IMG/VR virus record: IMGVR_UViG_641201006_000001
Coordinates: 32,001-96,000 of that record
Length of the DNA stretch: 64,000 nt
Direction: 5' to 3' (one strand)
DNA from: a virus
Taxonomy: Duplodnaviria; Caudoviricetes
Made by a program: the position numbers and the translations under genes. Positions within the stretch are counted from its first letter, which is position 1, and the number at the start of each line of letters is the position of its first letter. The notes below the pieces were generated by a model. That model ran no database searches. It was not told where the DNA came from and saw nothing but the letters and a program-made list of their open reading frames with translations. This document shows, piece by piece, positions 10,152 to 17,800 of this stretch.

Positions 10152-11660
10152 ATGTATGTTCGAGGTGGAGCAAAAGCTCCTGAGGTAAGTCGCTTTGAAA
10201 GTGCTGATAGATTCGGAGAAACATATTCCGGTGCAGACATGAACGTATATATGGCGTTCCCCGGCTACAAGCCATTATGGGTAGGAACCGTATCGACTGT
10301 TAGCTACACGGTATATCGTGAGAAGAAACAAGTACGTACATTAGGGAAGATCAATGCGAAGGGAATTGTAAAAGGCCCTCGTACAATTAGTGGTCGATTA
10401 ATCTTTACTGTTATATCGGAACACATCGTAGAAAGCATTCGCCAAGAGATTCCGTACCTTCGTAGCTATAAAGTATTACTAATGGATGAACTACCTCCAT
10501 TTGATTTATTGGTTAGCTTCGGTAATGAATACGGCGCAGGTGCAGGTCTAGTTGTCGAAGGTGTAACAACAGTTGATGAACAGAAAACAATGTCTATCGA
10601 AGATTTATTTACAGAGAACATCTTTACGTATCTAGCACGAGGACTACAGCCGATGCGAGACATCTTTGCAAGTAATGCGAAGAAACCATACAATCCGCTT
10701 GATTGGTATACATCAGACTTCCGTCACCCGCAGAGTGAAGTCATGGCGAAGTTCAAAGTAAATGACTTGATGGTAGCAAAAGAAAGCTTACTACTTGCTG
10801 ACCCGACTCCGTTCTTAGGTGGGCCGGACGAATGGGATTCAGAAGCCGCACCGACGATGGATATTACAAACGTCAATATTAATAACGGTGGTGGCAGTAA
10901 CGGGAACACGAGCTGGGGCGGTAAAGGTTCGAAAGTATTTGTACAGGTATACGATGGATCGAAATCAGCGCAACCTCCGATTGAAGGAGCTACCGTTGTA
11001 TGTGCAGGTCAGTCTTTAACGACAGATAAGAAAGGTGAGGTATCGTTCTTCACGCAGAGTGCTGAACTCGAAGTATCTGCAACAAAGGATGGATTCAAAC
11101 AAGGAGGCGGAAACCCAACGACGATTAAGACAGATAAAACGGATGTATCGAAATATGTTCGTCTGCCATTAATCCCTCGTGGCGGTGTCGCAAATCCGGG
11201 CGGAGGAGCTTGCGGTGGTAGTGATAAAACAATCATTGGTGAAGTTCGTCCGATTGGTGTATGGTTTAAAGAGGGAGCAACAACGCACTACATTGTTCCT
11301 CGTGATTCGAAGGGTAAGAAGTACCTGTATCCGAAACCATCTGTACAAGTATTAAACCGATGCGGTGAACCTGTTAAAGATGCGAAAGTAATGTGGCGCT
11401 ATGAGATTGCAAACTTCTCATCTGTTAAGAAGAATGATTGCTGGGGAGATACATGGCTACCATTCTCTTGTATCGGTCAGATCAAACAGTCGTCAGGTTT
11501 TATTACAAAAGGTGTGTCGGTAGATAAAGATGGTACATCAACAATGCCGGAGTTTAACTTTGGTAAATTCCCAACAGGTGCAGGAGTCAAGATTATCGGT
11601 GAGTCCGGTGACTATGGTATCCATGCAACATACTACTTTGAATTATCAGAGGGAGATTAA
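10152..11660 (+). CDS. Tube-fold paralog with a C-terminal Ig-like extension
   Basis: GGAGG at 10141 supports ATG 10152; the 10122 start lies inside the terminator. TYSGAD...YREKKQVRTLG....KGPRTISGRL aligns with 9318..10100. A Gly/Asn linker precedes VQVYD...PIEGATV....TTDKKGEV, typical of carboxypeptidase-regulatory-like beta-sandwiches. Confidence 0.75.
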   Translation: MYVRGGAKAPEVSRFESADRFGETYSGADMNVYMAFPGYKPLWVGTVSTVSYTVYREKKQVRTLGKINAKGIVKGPRTISGRLIFTVISEHIVESIRQEIPYLRSYKVLLMDELPPFDLLVSFGNEYGAGAGLVVEGVTTVDEQKTMSIEDLFTENIFTYLARGLQPMRDIFASNAKKPYNPLDWYTSDFRHPQSEVMAKFKVNDLMVAKESLLLADPTPFLGGPDEWDSEAAPTMDITNVNINNGGGSNGNTSWGGKGSKVFVQVYDGSKSAQPPIEGATVVCAGQSLTTDKKGEVSFFTQSAELEVSATKDGFKQGGGNPTTIKTDKTDVSKYVRLPLIPRGGVANPGGGACGGSDKTIIGEVRPIGVWFKEGATTHYIVPRDSKGKKYLYPKPSVQVLNRCGEPVKDAKVMWRYEIANFSSVKKNDCWGDTWLPFSCIGQIKQSSGFITKGVSVDKDGTSTMPEFNFGKFPTGAGVKIIGESGDYGIHATYYFELSEGD

Positions 11661-11672
11661 GGGGTGAAGTAA

Positions 11673-13349
11673 ATGCCGGATACAACGCCGAATCAGGTCA
11701 AGCTAGAAGACCTGCAATCCACGAAGCTACTTCGTGAATATAAGAAATCTGTATACGAACCGCAAGGTATCGACTTTAATAAACGACAAGTAGACTATCA
11801 GTTATTCCCGGAAGAATACTTCACAGGGACAGACGTATTCGTTTACTTCAATGACTTATGGCTAGATGAAATCGTAAGTCTTAGTTTTACACTATCTGAA
11901 AACGTAAAGGGTATCTTTGGATATGCGTCGAATACATGGGACTATGTAGGTCGTGGTAAACGACAAGTAGTTGGTCAGTTCCGAATCGCATTCAAAGAAG
12001 CTGGCTATATGTTCGCCGTACTTGACCATATTGGTAAGCAGGGCAACCATAAGAAGACAGCGATAAGCTGGATTGAGAATAAGGATGCGAAAGTAGAGAA
12101 TGGTATCGACGGCGTACCGGCTGGCTATGCTGATGTACTGGAACGCATTGAGGATGCACTTGGTCGTATCTATGGTGATCCGGGGGCGAAAGCACAGGAT
12201 AAGTCTTACCAAGAGAAGTATCGTCGTGACTTCGAATGGAACTTACCAATGCAGTTAGGCTCTCCGAATACAAACATGGGTGAACCACGTACAAGTACAA
12301 ATCAAACGGGTCAAGTATCACAATTACAACAGCGACTCATTGACCTCGGCTTTGGATTCCCTGAGGCGAAGTTCAACTGGGGTAAACATTATGCAGGTGA
12401 TAGCTGGACTGGTTCGAAAGGACAATGGGTATCGCCGGGTACAACACAAGCATCCATTGATTATATCAACAAACGTACAGGGCAACACCTCGGTACATCC
12501 AGTGGTGATTGGTATGTATGTCTTCGTTACTTCCCTGAGGGTGGTATGATTCATAAATCTATCGGTGCAAAAGATGCGATGAGTCAGTTCGAAGTACAAC
12601 TTCAAAAACGTTTAGACCGTTATCCGGGTGAACTGTCCGGCTTAAACATGGGTGGTATGTACGGACGATACGATGGACGTTACGGTTCGGGGCCATTAAA
12701 AGGTGTGCAGTTATTCCAAAAGTTAGCGGGCATCAATGATGGATCGCAAGGGTATTACATCACATCTCAAACGAAGCGTGCGCTAGAAGCTGGCTTAAAA
12801 GTAACAGGTGAATATGATGTAGCGACACGAGTAGCTGTATGGCTTTATCAAGCGAAGCAAATTGCAAGCGGTAATCCCTATAATATTCGTGAAGCTAATG
12901 GTATAGTAGATAAAGAGACTCTACTCGCAATGGGTGAAGATTCAGACCGTACAGTAGTTGTTCCCGGTGAGAACCGATACAAACCTACAGAGATGGCTGA
13001 ACATTTATATGCAACCTATGAGCGTGAAGTATGGGGACGACCATTTGTGGAGCGTGCAGAGAACGTACGAAGAGAGGACAGCTTCTTCTACCGTAGCCGA
13101 CGTAATGAGAATGGTGACCGTCACCTTGAGTCCTTATCGCAAAACGGGTTTGATATTTATATCAACTATGGCCCGTTGCCGCAGTACATACAAAACAAAC
13201 TCAATAAGTTACCTGATGGCGGAAGTTTTAACACAACCGTCAAAGCGATTCGTAACGTACAGCTTACTGATGTTCAGCAAGTGATAGATGCGAATACAGG
13301 GCAACCGATTGAGGAGATTTATAGTTTCGTAGCAAAAGATTTAGACTAG
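11673..13349 (+). CDS. Tube-fold paralog with inserted peptidoglycan-binding domains
   Basis: YFTGTD...RGKRQVVGQF at the N-terminus and EEIYSFVAKDL at the C-terminus align with the tube proteins. Internal VSQLQQRLIDLGF, DGRYG....GVQLFQKLAGI and TGEYD..TRVAV..YQ...ANGIVD.ET are PG_binding_1-like. Confidence 0.7.
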   Translation: MPDTTPNQVKLEDLQSTKLLREYKKSVYEPQGIDFNKRQVDYQLFPEEYFTGTDVFVYFNDLWLDEIVSLSFTLSENVKGIFGYASNTWDYVGRGKRQVVGQFRIAFKEAGYMFAVLDHIGKQGNHKKTAISWIENKDAKVENGIDGVPAGYADVLERIEDALGRIYGDPGAKAQDKSYQEKYRRDFEWNLPMQLGSPNTNMGEPRTSTNQTGQVSQLQQRLIDLGFGFPEAKFNWGKHYAGDSWTGSKGQWVSPGTTQASIDYINKRTGQHLGTSSGDWYVCLRYFPEGGMIHKSIGAKDAMSQFEVQLQKRLDRYPGELSGLNMGGMYGRYDGRYGSGPLKGVQLFQKLAGINDGSQGYYITSQTKRALEAGLKVTGEYDVATRVAVWLYQAKQIASGNPYNIREANGIVDKETLLAMGEDSDRTVVVPGENRYKPTEMAEHLYATYEREVWGRPFVERAENVRREDSFFYRSRRNENGDRHLESLSQNGFDIYINYGPLPQYIQNKLNKLPDGGSFNTTVKAIRNVQLTDVQQVIDANTGQPIEEIYSFVAKDLD

Positions 13350-13383
13350 TCAATTGTGAGAGTGACAAAGAGGAGGATGTTAC

Positions 13384-14040
13384 ATGTTACCACCAAAAGA
13401 ACAAATGCAAGCGATGAAAGCAGATCAATCTAGATTCGAAGCGCCGAACCCAAATGCAAAGATGCCGGGCTTCGGGCCTCCTGATATTGGCGGTGAACCA
13501 AAAGGATACAATCCGCAGGAAGTACAAGATGCATGGGCAAACATGGATGATGAAGAAGGATTGGAACAACCAATTCCTGATGATGCAGATATGGGACAAG
13601 AAACAGGTGAAGTATTCTTCACAGAGCCTCCTGCATGGGAAGGTGTTGGCGAATATCCTGAACCAGTAAGTCTAAAACAAAAGGGCAACTCCTTCTTACA
13701 AGAAGAATTGATTTGTCCGGGCGGGCCACCAGTTCATCAAGTAAACTCATGGAAGAAACAGTTTAGTGAAGATGGTCATGGTGTATTCTTATCTACCCTA
13801 TACGATGAAGTATTCATTTGGCGTACATTATCTCGTACAGAGTACCGTGAAATTATGGCACTGCCTAATACTGACCCTCTTCAACGTGAAGAAGTTATCT
13901 GCGAGATTTGCGTACTATTCCCGTACGATTACAACTTCACTGAGATGGCGAACCGTAAAGCTGGTATCCCTGCTCAAATCGCAGAAGATATTATGAAAGA
14001 ATCAGGATTCGAAAAAGCTGCTCCTCCAATCAGACTGTAG
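13384..14040 (+). CDS. Putative tail assembly chaperone 1
   Basis: Located between the tube genes and the tape-measure-size genes. Acidic/Pro-rich N-terminus, then FIWRTLSRTEYREI...ICEICVLFP. Confidence 0.65.
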   Translation: MLPPKEQMQAMKADQSRFEAPNPNAKMPGFGPPDIGGEPKGYNPQEVQDAWANMDDEEGLEQPIPDDADMGQETGEVFFTEPPAWEGVGEYPEPVSLKQKGNSFLQEELICPGGPPVHQVNSWKKQFSEDGHGVFLSTLYDEVFIWRTLSRTEYREIMALPNTDPLQREEVICEICVLFPYDYNFTEMANRKAGIPAQIAEDIMKESGFEKAAPPIRL

Positions 14041-14049
14041 GTGATATAT

Positions 14050-14838
14050 ATGAATCCACAACAGATTGAAGCAATGATTCTTAGCTTCCGGAATGAGTAC
14101 AAGGAAGTATATCTCACTACAGTTGGTAACGAGGATTATATATGGAGAACATTAACACGAAAAGAACATCGTGAGATTGCGGAGTTTGCACCGGATGAAT
14201 ACAGTGCATTCGAACGTATCTGTCAGACATGCGTGCTATATCCGGTAATGGATTGGACAAGAACTCTTGCCTACTTACCGGAAGAACTTGCACCGCAGAT
14301 CATTGAGGAGTCAGGGTTTGGTAGCTTCCGTAAAGAGAAGCCCCTCCTTGACATCTTCCGAAAAGAATTAGAATCATTTGAGGCACAGGCGGAAATCATC
14401 GTCAATCGTGCCTTTCCTTATATCACATTCGAGATGATGGAGAACTGGACAAAAGAGAAGCTACTCAAGTATGTAGCGAAAGCAGAATGGCAACTCATCA
14501 ACATCGAAGGATATAAACATATGGCGCTTGTAACCGATGAGGAGATTCGTCAAATGAAGGAAGAAGAAGGAGAAGAGGTTGAGGAAACAGAAGAGGAAGA
14601 GGAGTTCGACATTATGGTCATTGCCAACGAGATGCGTAAAGCAGGGCAAGACCCAATGTTCGCATTACGCTCCCTGTACCAAAAACCAAAGACTCCTTAT
14701 GTAGAACGACCTATGATTGGTGGATTCCATCAAGTAGATACAATGATTGCAGGGACAACGGCTTGGAGAGGACGTGGCATGAACTATGGCAGATACGACG
14801 CAATACAGGAACAAGTACAGAGGGTATCTCGAAGATGA
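14050..14838 (+). CDS. Putative tail assembly chaperone 2, paralog of 13384..14040
   Basis: YIWRTLTRKEHREI...ICQTCVLYP...IIEESGF matches the upstream ORF. An AGGTGA RBS supports ATG 14050. Confidence 0.65.
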   Translation: MNPQQIEAMILSFRNEYKEVYLTTVGNEDYIWRTLTRKEHREIAEFAPDEYSAFERICQTCVLYPVMDWTRTLAYLPEELAPQIIEESGFGSFRKEKPLLDIFRKELESFEAQAEIIVNRAFPYITFEMMENWTKEKLLKYVAKAEWQLINIEGYKHMALVTDEEIRQMKEEEGEEVEETEEEEEFDIMVIANEMRKAGQDPMFALRSLYQKPKTPYVERPMIGGFHQVDTMIAGTTAWRGRGMNYGRYDAIQEQVQRVSRR

Positions 14839-17800
14839 CGCTGACACATATCTAAGTCCCGAAATGGATCCTACAGCAAAAGTAATAATGGGAGGAATAG
14901 CCACTGTCGGTCTTGTTGCCGGTGGCTATTTAGCTTTCAAGAAGGGTGCGCTAAAGGATGTCATGCACTCTACGATTGCGAAGGCAGGTAGTTTCCGTAG
15001 AGGGAAAACAATTGCAATGAATGATGCGGTTCGGAAATGGTCACAAGATGACCGCATGGATGAACTAGGCAACGCCGTGATGAACTTAATGAAAGGCAAG
15101 CCGAAGGAAAGTAAGAAGAGTGCAAAAGAGTTTTTAGATGTCATGAGAGACTTTAAGCGTCACAAAGATGGTGCATTGCAAGAACATGCTGACCGTGTGG
15201 CTCGTATGAAGGAGTCTCAATTACGTGATAGAGAAATCGAAATCAAGACAGAGATGGCTTCTCATAAAGCGATGCAAGAACGCTTCCGTAAAGATAATAA
15301 TGATGAGAAAGCTGTACAGCGTGTATCGAAGTTATTTGACCAAACAATATTCGATAGACGTAACCTTGATAAGAAACTAGAGAAAGCTCGCGAACTGCAA
15401 ACAGGATTCCGTCATGCGACAATCAACGACCTGATTCGTTTAGGTGAGATCAACGAGGCAGAGGATTGGGTGCAAGAAGGGATTACTATCTCGACTCGTG
15501 AGTTTATGAAGAAAGCACAAGGCGAAGAGGCGATTAAGAAAGCTGGCGAGGATGGACGCAGACACTTCTTAAACAAAGTAGCTGACAACAGCATACTAAT
15601 TGATAAGAAGGATAAGATTGCTGACCTGCGTGACTTCCGTGATACATTCGAAGGTATGGTACATAGTTTAACAACAGACTTTACGATTCCACTTGTAAAG
15701 ATTAACCCGCTTCGTATGTTTTACATGGATCACTTCTTCACAGATAAATCAAAGCCATTGTTCCACGTTGCTACGTCTGATACAAAGAATCCAATTGTAA
15801 CGGGTCACAACGGTGCGCAAGGTAAACCGATTGTCTTTGCTGACGGAAAACTATTTGATGTGATGCACAAAGATGAAGCCGGTAATATGGTGACGAAACA
15901 AATCGACGGTGACTACTTCTTAGCAGACGCACAGAAGGGGCCTGTCGCACGATTACTTCGTAACATGTCCGGTATATCTATTTCAGAGTTCAGTAAGCCT
16001 GAGGCGAACGCTCCGTTCATCAAAAAGGCAAAGTATCATCTAGGTTCATTCTTTGATGTAGGTTTCCAAGATGAGCCGGGAGGACAATTAGATTTACTTG
16101 ACCCGACGAGTTGGGGTACATCCTTAATCAATACGGTAACAGGACGCTTCCGTCAAAGTGAATATGTAAAACGTATGGACTATTTATCAAATGCCTTCGG
16201 TAAAGATAAAGACTTCATCTACATGCGTAGACACATGGACTTAAAGGATGCGCCTAGCTATAAGGATTACCTGAATCAGTTCCGTGCAGGTCGAGACAAT
16301 ATGGATGAAGTAACAATGTCTACGATGTTTGGATATGGATTCTTCGAACGTCTAAACGCTACGCTGAACCAAGTGAACTTAGGTCTATCGAACAAAGCGC
16401 TCGGTTCTGCTTACGATGTATTCGAAGGACTGTTATTAAAACGTGTCGCTCCAATATGGGCTGGTATGGAACTATGGGATTACATGAACTATGAATCTGA
16501 GAATCTATTAGGGTTCCAATTCGAAGACCGATTCGCACAGATGTATGCAAACAGTTCTGTAGAGATTGCGAAGGTTCGTGATAACCTCGGCATTACAGAT
16601 TGGGCGAAAGGTGTTGCGCCGTTATTAGTAGGCGGTAGCGAACTTGCGGAGATTCCAATACTCGGTAACCTGCTAGACTGGAATGATACAGCAGAAGAAA
16701 CGCAGGACTACTGGGAGAATGGTGAAGTCGCTGTTCGTAAAGGTCGTTGGTGGCAATTAGGTAATACACCATACATCGGTGGTAAAACAGAATACTACCA
16801 ACCGAACTGGGTACGAAGAACATTAGCTGATGTGAAGTTCTCTGAATCACAGTATGGATCCCGTGAAGAATATTATGAGAATAGCTGGATGCCATCACTA
16901 CGTCATCCATTCGCACCAATCAAACACTTCTTTACTGACCAGTATCACTGGGAGGAGAAGCACTATCAAGACAGACCGTACATGATTACCGGTGGTATTC
17001 CTGAGATTGAAAACTTCCCGTTAATTGGGCCTATCTTAAATAGTACAATTGGTCAGCTATTAAAACCGCAACGTCAGATGCATATGGAAGCGTGGAACGG
17101 AGATGTACAAGGTATGCCGTTACCAGTCCCTCCTGAAACACTTGAGTATGCACAAGAGCGTACTGTGCCGATGACATTTGATAATGACGGGAATGCATCC
17201 TTCGGTTTCGCTTCAAATGAAGATAACGAGACAGATGAAGATGGCAATACGGAAATTGATCCGGGCGCAAGCGTACCTATCTTAACGCAGGGTGCTGCTT
17301 ATAATATGTTGCCTCCTGAAACGAAGGAACAAAACCAAGCCTTACAAGAGAAGCTATTCTCTTACATTACGGCTGGCGGTCAAGTGCAATTACTTCGTGG
17401 TGATCCAGGGGCAACAATATGGGATGCAACTTCTGTTATGGATACGAAGGCTCCAATGAGTACCGGTCTATTCAAACAGGAACGTCTGCCGATGAATAAG
17501 GATAAAGTAGAGACAGGTGCGCCACTAGAGACAGATGTACAACTACATCAAATGTTAGGGAACCTGCACTACAACATGACAGAGATGGGCGGATTCTACG
17601 GATTCATTACGACAAGTATCTTTGGTCAAGTCGGTAACAGCAATCCTATCCTGCAATCATCATCTGACCTGTCATCTTATACTCGTGCCTTTTGGGATAA
17701 TGACATCGGTGGTTTCGGAGGAGATGCCAATGAGATATTCCGTCGTTTCTTACCATCGGAAACATTTGAACATAAACAAAATGAAATCAACCCTGTAGCA

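Noticed and set aside
14005-14020. TTC GAA AAA as a -1 frameshift site for the tail chaperone
   Set aside because: It is not an X XXY YYZ heptamer in the reading frame, and the downstream chaperone is in frame 0.
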